Shown here: positions 39,296-51,800 of the stretch, piece after piece
Layout: each line of letters opens with the position of its first letter
How positions within the stretch are numbered: the stretch's first letter is position 1
Position numbers and translations under genes: made by a program
Notes under the pieces: model-generated
What the model saw: only the letters and a program-made list of their open reading frames with translations
Database searches by the model: none
What the model was told of the DNA's origin: nothing
Assembly (NCBI RefSeq): GCF_006345805.1
Contig: NC_043025.1
Span: 9,114,001-9,178,000, forward strand
DNA from: Octopus sinensis
Taxonomy: Eukaryota
Length of the DNA: 64,000 nt
Reading direction: 5' to 3'

Positions 39296-39297
<2 letters not shown>
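37441..39297 (-). mobile_element. Tx1-clade LINE, 5'-truncated, intact RT C-terminus and 3' UTR
   Basis: Uninterrupted frame 39297-37846: SAYADDV, GAKINREKS, RKLSLKGRA, GGLGMP, CPRCGQSDETALHAIVQC; 3' UTR ends AATAAAGAAACATATC; flanked by TA/GATA repeats. Confidence 0.93.
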
Positions 39298-39348
<51 letters not shown>

Positions 39349-39382
39349 TATAGATAGATTTGCTATATATATATATATATAT

Positions 39383-39440
<58 letters not shown>

Positions 39441-39461
39441 TTGATATATATATATATATAT

Positions 39462-39525
<64 letters not shown>

Positions 39526-39575
39526 CTATATATATATAGATATATATATATATATATATCTATATATATATATAT

Positions 39576-39650
<75 letters not shown>
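39298..39650. repeat. (GATA)n/(TA)n microsatellite
   Basis: Direct inspection. Confidence 0.95.
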
Positions 39651-39659
39651 TGCAGCTCT

Positions 39660-41000
39660 TAAGCGTGATAATTTCGATAATTTCGAGCAACATCTTACCA
39701 CTCTGATTTAGAACATCAAATTTAAACCTAGGAAATTAACAATCAAACCCCACCTAACTAAAATCAATATTAATTCTCTTCCAAGCCGTCAAGCTCGGCA
39801 ACCTTTATAATGCTCCTCTAGATAAATACCGAGAGCTAATACACAAATAACTACATAAATCATACCGTAATGTACCGGTCTCCGTTCTAAAAGACATTTA
39901 CACCAAGAATCGTGATCTTGTTTTTAAACGCGCATTGGGAGATAGGACCGGTCGTTCCTTAACTCGCTCATTCCATATTAACGTAGAAGACCATAAAACC
40001 TAATTTGCCGAGAACCCTTCCGTTTGCCTCATTTGCCGATTCAGTTCAGATATAGGTAAGATTAGCAAGATGTCATCAGACAGGCTTATACCCCCAACTG
40101 CATCCAAAGTACACACTACACCTATGGACTGAAATTACTCATGCCGTCCAGTGGTTTAATTCCTAAAGTCCTAAACATACTTTTAAATTCATCCAGATCC
40201 ACATAGACCAAATTACTCTAGTGTATCCCCTATCCTTCTCAACAAAGTCCTCATTTTTGCAATGATACGATCTAACCTCTCTTTTGACGATATTGATATC
40301 ATCTTGGCCGCCCGTCGACATATGATAAAACTGGGTAATTCTGGACCAATAGAGACATTCGGGATCCTCGCAACCGCGGAATCGAACAGGTAAGAAAAAG
40401 AGTATTTTTTTGTAGCAGTCTTAAAACTGCTAATTTCCGAGATGTCACCCGCGATCTACAACGCCAAATTTTCTATCCATCCCATAAACTTGAGGAGAAC
40501 CTCAACTACGTCAACTTTTCCTCCAACCACAACGCCATCTGTCCTAACTCTATCGTAGACATCGTATCAAAGCGGATTTCAGCACTGTCCGCAGTAAGGA
40601 AATATTCGAACAATACGCTGAATATTATAATTGCGCGATGGTCATAAGAATTCGATCGAATATACCCCTATGTGTAACAAGCCTCCCTTTACTAAACTCG
40701 GAACCAAGAATACACCCGTCCTCCAGACAAAACAAAAAATATCCCGCATAACCTATCGTCCTACTAATCTCCCAAATTTTAAAGTAGTCTATGATCTAAC
40801 AAACAATCACCACACTCGGTGACCCTTGACACGAACCCCGTCGCTGCCCGCCGATATCAACACCCGTATGCCCTTCCAAAACCCTTTATATACTCGGATA
40901 AACCTATCAATCGGAATAAGATAACAAGAACACCTGAAGTTATCTGGTTCTGGTTCTCTAAAACATTCTTCTTTTTTTCCCAACAGAAAAAAAAACGAGG
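39660..41000 (+). mobile_element. Highly degraded Penelope-like RT related to the 28.4-kb element
   Basis: Remnants FAENPSVCLICRFSSDIGKISK and NYVNFSSNH parallel the motifs of the 28.4-kb ORF. Confidence 0.65.
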
Positions 41001-41329
41001 TATTGAACCTCTCACTACAGTTTTTACAATTCTTGGACTTTCTTGTCCATATCAAATAAAAACATACCATAATATACAATAAAATATTCAATATAGAATC
41101 AACACTAGTCCATTTACAAATGAAGCACTGAGCTTCTTACACATTATAACACTGAGGCTTTTCAACCTCTTGTCAATCCTCATCATGGCTTGTGTACGTG
41201 TACTCCACCATCGCCCATATTTGCTTTAAAATCAAGGTGGACTCCGAGTTGGCGTCACCCGGCCACGAGCGATATTCCTCTTTTAGTCCCCCCAGCCTAT
41301 GTAACATGCGCAACGTTATCAACTCCACA

Positions 41330-42940
41330 GCTATCTGCGGAAGCTTAAAATTTCGTTCGCTGTTTTATCTCCTGTGAGTATGGGAAAATTTTGGGTGATA
41401 ATGTTGAAGGCTTCGTTGTTTCTAGGGTTATGTGTGGAAATGTACGGGAGTATTTTTAAGTCTGGTTTAGTATTTCGGCTGGCTTGCCTTAACATTTGTA
41501 TATCTATTTCCTTAACTCTTTTAATGCATTCCTTTATAAATTCGATTGGGTCATGTCTTTTAGTTATTGTTGATCTAAGTTCAAGGAGTCTTTGTTCACG
41601 AATATATGTATCCGAAACTATGGTACAGATTCTTTTCACTAGATTAAAAGGTGTATTAATTTTTATGTGTTTGGGGTGGCAAACAATAGGTATTGTTTAG
41701 AATCTGTGGGTTTATAAAACATGTCTGTTTCTATGTGGTTGTTAACTATTTTAATTAAGATGTCTAGAAAAGGGAGTTGTTTACTGTTGTGTTCCATAAT
41801 GAATTGTATATTGCTATGTATGTTGTAAAGCATTACTTTCAAATCAAGGAGTTTGTCCATAATGTCTTTCCAAAGTATGAAGCAATCATCCAAATACCTC
41901 ATCCAGTTCTCCTTTAAATAGCAATTAAAAGAGGCGCCATAATTTTCTAGTGATAATTGGTATAACTTAAGTTCTAGGTAACCCATTACAAGGTTTGCAA
42001 TCACTGCAGCAGCTCTGGTTCCCATTGCAATTCCACATTTTTGTCGATAGTAAGTTGTATCACAAAGAAATAGTTGTTCAGCAGGATGAATTTGAGTGCT
42101 TCGTTTATGAATCTGTGGTTTATGCATCCTGGGATCTCGTCTGCGTATTTATCTGGCCAGAGTGCGATTGCTTCTATACCATAGTCGTGTAGGATATTGT
42201 TGTACAGAATCACCACATCGAAAGCTACAAGCAGGTTTCCTTCCTTTACTGTATTCGGGAGGTGGTTCAGCATGTCTAGGTCATCCCTGATAAAGCTTTT
42301 CACATATTTATAAAAAGCGTTTTGAGTAAGATGTCGAGGAAGTTGCTCAAACAGTGGGTTTCACAAGAGGGGCCAGCTATGATGGGTCTCAGTTTGAGGT
42401 CAGTAGGGGAAGGGACATTAATGCATAGGCTTGTAGAGACTTTGCAGGCTTCACAAATGTGTGGGTTTTTATGTATTTTGGGTAATCCGTAGAATATACT
42501 AGGACTGTATATAAAATTGGATAAAAAGTCTATTTCAAGTTTAGTGAGACCCTTTCCATGAATTTGGAGTAAGGAGGGCAAGTTTTTCAGTGTTTTCTGT
42601 GGGTTGTTATGTATTAATTTCTCATAGTAAGTGTTATTTTCCAACATGGAAAGTATTAAATTTTTGTAGTATTCTGTATTCATCACTACTACCGCACTTC
42701 CTTTGTCGGCTTTTTTGGAATACGTTTAATTTGGAATTTACCAGGCAAAATTATTGGTGTAGAGTTTAGACAGCGTTCGTAGATTTCTGCCTTGTGGTTG
42801 TTTTTAATCGTATTCCAGAAAGAAAATTTTCTGGCTTTAAGATTTTTATTCCATATGTGGATAATGCGGTTTTTGATAGATAGTGTGGAGGGATTGCTAT
42901 CTTGTGTATCATCTATAGGAGGATTTACCAGTAGCACTCA
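41330..42940 (-). mobile_element. Penelope-like element (Neptune-like) RT, multiply frameshifted
   Basis: GLPKIHK, KLRPIIAGP, AFDVVILY, GIAMGTRAA, WMRYLDDCF, LPFLDI, YKPTDSKQYL. Confidence 0.9.
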
Positions 42941-42974
42941 AGAGCATCCTCACACAAAACACGCACACATACAC

Positions 42975-43010
<36 letters not shown>

Positions 43011-43035
43011 ACACATATATATCCATTTATTATGT

Positions 43036-43898
43036 ATAGGGTATGGTAAATATAGTGTCGTGTTAATTATACAAAAATGAAAAAAAACACTGACATCCCA
43101 TTTTAACAGGCATATTTACCAAAATAACAGAAAAATATCTTGAAAGTAAATGTCTTCAATAAAATCGCTATTGGCTTCAACCACGTCTTCCGGTCAGCTT
43201 CGGAATCTCCTGCAACTCCTCTCGACGGTCACCTTGTTTAATTTGGTATATACTGCCATAATCCTTGCATTCAGTTTATCTTTGATGTTACAAGGGGTTT
43301 TTCTGACCTCTCAGTCAACTGCGCCCCATGCATAATAACCAAGGGGTTTCCTGTCTGGGAAGTTAGATGGCGTGATTTTAGAGGTGATGTGGTCGCAGAA
43401 TTTGTCTGACAGCCATGGCTGGGTTGTCCTGGTTGTATGGCATGGTACAGAGTCCTGCTACCAGAGATAGGATCTTCCATCAGTCATCCCTTTGCTCCAG
43501 GGAAGCACTACCTTCTCCAGGCAATTGATGTAGCCCTCCGTATTGAGTCTCAAAACCGTGAATGAAAGCATAATGTCATCATCACTAGTGATAACTCCAA
43601 ACACCATGATGTTGACTGGATGTATGATTTTTATCAGTCTCAGTACATGTCCTAGGATTGCACACTCCTCAGACTGACACAAAAAACACTCTGAAATGTT
43701 CATATTAGATCTTTCGGTGCGAATGCCAAGCAGTACAGCATGTCGTTTCCAAAATTTCTGGCAGAGTGAATTACGCCATGGTGCTGTTTTTCTCACAGAC
43801 AGTACCCAACTGATCATACTATACTGAGTGGTCGACAAAATCAAAAACAAAGAATGCGCATGCGCGAAATTTTAAAAGGTAATTGTGGCAATTTCGTG
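43036..43898 (-). mobile_element. Tc1/mariner-superfamily transposon remnant (maT/DD37D-like)
   Basis: MVFGVITSDDDI...LNTEGYINCLEKVVLPW...YLW*QDSVPCH; TIR-like ends near 43036 and 43898. The subfamily is an inference. Confidence 0.75.
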
Positions 43899-43928
43899 TT
43901 GCAACCTGTATATATATATATATATATA

Positions 43929-44909
43929 CATACGATTAGGTGTTGGCATGAATGTGATATAATATTTTCTACTGTATTCGGTCCCACTGCGTGTACTCTG
44001 GCTTACAGCACAACAAACTTGTGTATATTTGTTCACGGTAACTAAAAGAAACCCATCGTATACATACAAAGTGGCATCGTAATGTTCCTGGATGAGTTAT
44101 GTTTAATAAAACTAACTTATATTAACTTCATCTCCTTCGGTAAAGTCACCTTGCGCAGGAATACACCGGCAAGCTTTTCGAATACACCCGATCCAGCTTT
44201 CTTGACACTTTTGGAATCAGGCCTCTTGAGGACCTCTTGATCCCAATAACGGTGTTAAATTTCCTATTGATCTCGATCTTTGAACCGTATTTTCATCTCG
44301 GGGAAGAGATGGAAGTCACCAGGTGCTGAATCTGGCAAATAGGACATGCACAGAAGCGATAGCATGTTGCTTTTGGCAAGAAACCCACGAGTGTGGTGAC
44401 AGAATGCATTGTCGTCGTCAAAAATCCAATACTTTGCGCACCACAAATCCAGTCAGTTATCTCGAATGTCATCCTTGAAAAGCTTTAAAACGTCGCAGTT
44501 GATCCCTCTTTTGGACTTGGGGGTCGAATTCTCAATGCACAATACCGACGATGTAGAAACAATATTGAAAATTCTCTTTATTAAGCTGTCATTCTGTCGT
44601 GCACCTGTGAACTCGAAACATTATGTACGACCCATTGTCTCGTCGCTATAAGCTTGCCGAAGCATGCTCCATCTTTCTATAGCAGACTTCCCAATTTTTA
44701 CGTAAAATTTCATGCTGGTTCTTTCTTCCATACACTTCCTGTTCATACACGTCATAACAAAAATACAAATTCCACATCGTGTGAAGTATACACATCGATA
44801 TTACTCAGCATACTACTTCGTGAAATCACTGCTCCCTATCACCGTGCATGCAATTGTGTGCATCCAAGCGCGTTATACAGTTTGTCCGTGAAATTTTGAT
44901 ACTACCGCG

Positions 44910-44910
<1 letters not shown>
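43929..44910. mobile_element. SINE-head plus mariner-remnant composite (copy 3 of 4)
   Basis: Same junction as at 24.4 and 57.1 kb; minus frame DDNAF...FLAKSNML...YLPDSAPGDFHLFPEMK. Confidence 0.8.
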
Positions 44911-44994
<84 letters not shown>

Positions 44995-45231
44995 GCAGTA
45001 GTACTTGTCGTTGATCGGGTAATTCTAATGTTTCTCGGGCCGAGAAGCTAAAAATGGGTATTTCATATAGACAAAAAGCTTTACGGTATCCAGGTCCACT
45101 ATTTATGGACAGCCTATAATTCGGGATTGAGAAATTTGAAAATGAAATTCGTAAACAATCATAGATAACCACATACACTTGCATTTTATACATACATACA
45201 TATATGTATTTGTATCTATATATATATATAA

Positions 45232-45308
<77 letters not shown>

Positions 45309-45312
45309 GAAT

Positions 45313-45572
45313 GAGATAAAAGTCCAAGGCTGTGAAAGATTTTAAAACATTTATAGAGATGTCTTTCAGCTGTTCCAGGGATATTTTATATATTCTTTCA
45401 TCGAAGACGGTGTGAGAGAATGGTTAACCAATAGTTATTCTTGAATATCCATTGCTTAACCATTTTCTCGCACCGTCTCCGATGAAGAGATATTTAAATA
45501 TCCCGGAAACAGCTGTAAAGCCTTCTCTTTAGAAACGTTCTTAAACCTTTCACAACCTTTGATCTTTATTTC
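45313..45572. repeat. Imperfect inverted repeat with two divergently oriented hammerhead-like motifs
   Basis: Arms about 45313-45433 and 45451-45572; + arm CCGATGA-agagatat..atatcccg-GAAACAGCTGTA; the minus arm carries the equivalent motif. Confidence 0.75.
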
Positions 45573-45747
45573 TTTCTGTTAATTTTATATATATGCATGT
45601 TAATATATGACCTACGTTTGACACCTCATTTGCATAATCACCGAACCTGGAGCTTAACTATAGTCTGTCCATAGCACTTACTCAGCATTACCTGACACAT
45701 TTGGGTCTCCTTGACACCATTACCTCTCATAACCTATATAAATAGGT

Positions 45748-45809
<62 letters not shown>

Positions 45810-46239
45810 ACAGAAAAGAAAATTTCGATTATCCCCACGTTTGAATGAAATTGGTTGTGTAGTTCCCAAGTTTAGGGAAACACACAGACAGACAGACAGA
45901 CACACATTCTCAGTTTTATATATATTGAGAAATATATATATAGAAGTAGTAACAGAAAACAGGAATTTCGATTATCCCCACGTTGTGAGATGTAATGTAT
46001 ATAAGAAATTAAAAAGGAAAATACCCACACTTACAAAGTTTTAATATAATTTTTAATATATCGACCGGTTTCGATATCGCTATTCATGATATTATGTTTT
46101 ACTTATTTAAATATATATTTTTTCTTAAGAAGAAATTTTTTCCATGTTGTGTGTGATGAAATTCACGAGTGAATGACTTCACAAGTAGATAAATAAAGGG
46201 CGGTAATTGGTTGTCGTTCTTATTGTTATTGTTGTAGGT

Positions 46240-47870
46240 AAGGGAGATAACTGTTCAGCTTTAGGTAATGGGTGGGGATTATAATTGTGTACAGACAGAC
46301 ACAAGTTTCAAAAACATTTTTTAGTAGGGGATTCATGTACAGTGATGTAATCGTGAATTGAAATATATAAAAAGATAAAGATATTAAGACGTGTTTTGTA
46401 TTTTTCAAGGAAAAAATATTCTTTATTTAAACGTTCTAGTTGAGAGATTGCGTCTTTGCACTGGTAGAAAGGAAGACTGTGAAATTTGGTTTGATGTTAC
46501 CGGCACATGTTTCTATATGTTCACTGAGAGGAATTTGTCAGTATTCCGGGAAATGGATTTGCCCTTTATGTAGAGTGGTTCTCTTTCTCAAGGTCATACT
46601 CGTTTGTCCAAAATAGTGGTGTCCGCAACCCGAGCACGTTATTACATAAATTAGGTTCTCAGAGAAGCAAGTGAAACTAGTTTTAATTTTGAACCTCTAT
46701 CCATGTTTGAAAAGGAAATCCGAGCCTTCAAGCAGTTTGGGGCAGGTTCCACAGTTTGGGCGTCCACATTTTTCAACCGTTCGTTTCGTGGTTGTTTTGT
46801 AAAGCTTCGCATTTGTTAGCTGTCTCTTTAGAGATTTGTCTTGTCTTTTGCATTTGATGAGTTTGTGTGTTTTCAGGATGTCGTTCATTTTTGGATCTCT
46901 AGTTAGCAAAGGAAGAATTTGCGCAATAGTGTTGAATGCCTCACTGTTTCTGTGGTTGTGTGTTGATATAAATAGTAAAGCTTTGAGTTGAGGTGTGGTG
47001 TTATGTTTTGTTGTTCTTAGTATTTTTGTGTCTAATTGTTTGGCACGTTTAATTCTTTCGTCGATAAGTGAGGGTGGATATTGTCTTTCAACAAGTGTTG
47101 TTTTGAAGTCTAGAAGACTAAGGTCCCGAGCTGTTCTATCAGACACTATTGTGCAGATCCTTTTTACTAAATTGAAAGGGAAGTTTATTTTGATGTGTTT
47201 CTTGTGGCATGAATTAAAGAGAAGATATTGTTTTGAATTAGTTGGTTTATAATAGTCAGTTATGATTTCATTGTTAACTTTTTTATCATGATGTCTAAAA
47301 ATGGGAGATATTCTTTCTTGTATTTCATTGTGAATTGAATGTTACTATTTATGTTATTTAGTGTCGATTTGAAATCCAATAGTTTGTCGATGTTCTCCTT
47401 CCAGATGATAAAGCAGTCATCTATGTATCTCTTCCAGTTTTCTCTTATGTAGAGGTAAAATGGGTAACCATATATCTGAAGTGATATTTCATATAAGGTG
47501 AATTCAAAATAATCCATTATTAGGTTCGCAAGAACAGGAGCTGCTTTCGTCCCCATCGCACTTACGCATTTCTGACGATGGTATGTGTCATCAAATAGGA
47601 AATAAGATTGTTCTGAAGTATAGATTTGAAGGATTCAATTATAAAATCTGGTTTATGCATTTCGCGAGTACTTTTCCAACCAGAATTTAATTGCTTTTAT
47701 TCCATAGTCATGGGAGATGTTGGTGTAAAGATTGATAACATCGAGGGTGACCAATATTGCTTCTTCATTAATTGTTTTTTCCCTTATGAAACTTTTGATG
47801 TACTTCAGCAAGGGTTTCAGTAGGATGTCTAGAAAATTGCTTAGTCAGTGCGTTTCACAGGCCGGCCCAT
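46240..47870 (-). mobile_element. Penelope-like element (Neptune-like), frameshifted
   Basis: MGTKAAP, WKRYIDDCF, YLPFLDI, CGRPNCGTCP; related to the 22.3 and 41.3 kb copies. Confidence 0.88.
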
Positions 47871-47878
47871 CTACATAC

Positions 47879-47982
<104 letters not shown>

Positions 47983-48548
47983 ATCTGTATGTATCTGTGT
48001 GTGTGTGTATTTGTGTATACATAATTATATTAAGTAACGACATGATGGATTTGGTATTAAATTTTATTCTGTACAACGTTCATTTCGACCCGTCTTGCTA
48101 TTGTCCTTTATTTGTGGGACTCTGTTCAACGTGTTGTGTTGCATCGATCAGTCTGGATCCCATCAGGCACATCGATAAAGTTGTGTGTGACTAAAGATTT
48201 CGAGTGTCATCTGGCATGTTGTTATACTGCCATCTATTTGGGGAACGAATAAAATACAAATAAGATTGCAGACATGCAAAATATTCAAATATGAACGAGG
48301 AAGTCTTGCGTTCCTTTTAGATAAAGTGACCTAATGAGCATTCGCTTTCATAACTGCTTAGTGGGAAAAGAAAGTAGTAGAAAAGAAAGAAGAAAACAGG
48401 GAGGAGAGGAAAACGATTATTCAGGCAATATATATATATATAATTATAAAATTTATATAATTATATATACTCAAAATAAGCACCACAGTACTACAACAGA
48501 TTTAAGATGCTGAGTACTCATCAGCCAATTTTTGCTGAACTTATAATG

Positions 48549-48579
<31 letters not shown>

Positions 48580-48819
48580 TATAAATCACTCTCTCAACGC
48601 CGTCTAGATTACGCAATTCTCAACTGCTAATGACTGAGATACCAACTTTCTATATTAATAACTCTCCAGCCTATGCCAACATGGAACATAGACGTTAAGT
48701 GAAATATCAAAAGAAAGCTTTCAACTCATGTATGTATATGGAAAAAACACGTAATTCAAAAATACACATTGTCTAGCTTATTTAGTAAGCAAAGGACAGG
48801 TACAGATTAAAAAAAATAA

Positions 48820-51800
48820 AATGCCGATCCGATGATACATCTAACCTTGGATCTTGAAAGATTGCATGAATCCTGCCTCAGTTAAATCTCTCGTGACCCC
48901 AAATTATGTCATCTGTAGTGCAGCATTGTATTGTCTACTTTTGTTCTGGAAGTGCTTGAAATTTTGGTTAGTTGATGACAACAGTTCCTTCAATGGTTCC
49001 GCAGTTTGGGGGATTGCAGACAGTTTAACATTTCCACCACTGCAGCACAATGCATGTGTCTCTCGCACCCAATTCCTTGCTTACAATGTATGGACTCAAT
49101 TGTTATAGCACCGATGGAAACTCTAGTGTCATCTGCATAATGAACTGCTGGATCATCATTGAAAGCTGTTCCATAGAAGTTGCTTCTCTGCGCTGTTGCA
49201 ACTGCTCTTCGTTCAGCAGTGGACATCTTATTCCTTGTCAGCCGTGCATACCTCTGTCATCACTTTGAGATGCTCTGTTTTTTTCGTAGTGCACAGTCTG
49301 TTCGTTTCTTGGTATGCTTCCCTTTCTGCAACTGTCTCTCTTTCTCTGGACAGAGACCTTCTGTTGGCTGACCTTGACATTGTAGACAAATTTGACACCT
49401 TCCTTCTAGGCATAGTTATACAGAAATACATGGGGGCAGACAATAGTAAACAATGAAAATAACTGGGTAACGAAAATTATATTTCTTAATACGACGAGCA
49501 GAACATTAACAAGCTAGTTTTCCGGAGAATAAAGAATTGTACGTGTTGAAGCGAAATTTGTCACTTAGCGAACCAAAGTGCCAGTATCGAAGGAACCAGA
49601 AAAAAGCCATTAACAACAGATAATCATAAAACCGCCGCAAAAGTAAATATCAAATGTTTAGGGAAATTAACTATGTGCGCGGGTTTAAGTGAAATGTTTG
49701 AAGTTACTCCTGTCAGTAAATTATGAACTTACATTTATCAGTAATACCTTCAACAACAACAAAAAGAAAACACAAAACGTTGCAAAAGTAAATAAGAAAT
49801 TTACCGAAGTGTACGGATTTAAGTGGAATTTATGAAGTTAAATCCTCCGGGAAAATCTGCAGAGAAATAGAAAAATTCCAGCATCTCACCTCAACCTTTT
49901 CTTACCAACTGTCTTTGGTAAGGGTTGCAATGAGTGGGTGGTTCATGTCATCTTTCTGCTCAACCCGTTACATTCCAATTGGTTCAAAGAAGCTAATATT
50001 AAGGCAGCCAATGCCATTTTCAATTAACACAGAATTTATGGAGTGTAGAGTCTGCATTCAGCCCTCGCTGAGCATAGTCTTCCATCATAGAATTCTTGTC
50101 AGTATTCCACAGGCGAAGAACATTGGAAGGATTTGAATAGGTGCAGAGGACAGCAAAGGTAATACGCAACTGAAATGGCATTCGATACGCAGCAGCTTCA
50201 TGTATAGTATGCTCCAAACCCTCATCATTTTGGGGGAGACCAACTCATATGTACGCATCTTTAAATGTTGCATAGATTTCACCTCCTACAGTGCTCACTT
50301 CTCAAAGCGCTTAGCACCTGGAACATCCAAAATAGCAATCGTAAATGAAATTTTTTTACGTCCTTAGGACTCACTGTGTTCATTCTGCAGCCGATGGTAT
50401 TGATTCTTCTCCTGAGTGTTCATGTTTTTATACGTTCATTAAACAAATAACTTGTAGGAATGTTAGGGTACAAGTACTTCCGTTAATCGTGCTCATTCAG
50501 TTTGAACCATGCAGTGAGAGAATTGTCACGATCTCTCTGTTCTTGAGCAGGCTGCTAAGTGCAACCTCTGTGAAAGCTCAGTCTCCGCTGGTCTTCAAAG
50601 TGAACTGCTAATCTGTAGACATTGTGGGACGAGTCATGCAGCTGGTACTTAGATATTCTCCATATGGCTTCAGAAGATGAAACATATCAACACGCAAAAT
50701 AATTTCTGATTTAACCATGAGGTTGCTGAGTCTGTCCACCTTCTGCAAATGCATCATTCCTTACTTCAACTGAAGCGCTATCGCGACCGTTGTAGACATA
50801 CTTGCACATAGACTTAACATTTTTACAGAGGAGCAAACTTCTACATTAATATGAGCTCGGAATTTCTTTAATAGATAAGCATAGTATGGAACGACATACC
50901 AGTTGTCAACAGAATGCATCCAACTTGTGATGTGATCCCTTTATTGTGCCTCCTGTACTCTGGATATCCATTAATATTTAGTAGTGTCTCATTTCTGTAG
51001 TTCTTGGGAAACTTTGTTTGGCAAGAGCCATTCCCCATGTATTGCGAGGAGGTGTTATCAACACCACAAGGTCTAAGTATCATGATTTTTTAAAACTAAA
51101 TCATGATTCATTTGAATCAGAAATTTGTGCTTATACCATTCTGTCTATATCCACTCTGATCTTCACTTTGTCTACGAGCATATGGCAGTGTGGAAGTCCT
51201 CTCCTTTGAAACTCGATAACACGGACATGAGTTACTCTTACACCAAATACATGTCTGTCCTCCATATCCTTCAGAAGTTCAATGATATACAACTTGCACA
51301 CTCTTGCAACGAAATCTGATCGGTTTTCAGAAAACTTATTTCGCTGCAGATTATTTTCTCTCTCATGGAAATTAGGGTTTTCAGGGTGCAGTTATTTCAT
51401 TGCAAGGGGAAAAATTGTAGCACCTTATATAACCCGTTCTTTTGAAATGTATTTCACACTTTCGTAATTCTACATTTTCGCTCCTGGCACTTCCAATCTC
51501 TTGTTCAATTAAGTGCATGTTCCCATATAACTCAGCATAAGGATTTACTTGTTGCACATGACACCCATTCTGTGAGAGGAGCTTTGGGAGTTCTGACTTG
51601 CTTCCACTCCGTGATGCATTAATAATATACAACTGACTGTACTGCAGGCGACCAATGACAGATTCAAGTTCGTAGTGTTGTGCGAAGTTTGGCCCTGAAT
51701 ACGTTCTATATCCTGGTGTTGGATATATAATTTAACGAAGCTATTTACACGATGCAATACGATTACTATTACATGAGACTCGAAGGTCTCTGCCAACGGA

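Noticed and set aside
37846-39297. GC-rich intact ORF as horizontal transfer or contamination
   Set aside because: Motifs identify a Tx1 LINE, and a second 3' end of the same family is present at 16.4 kb.
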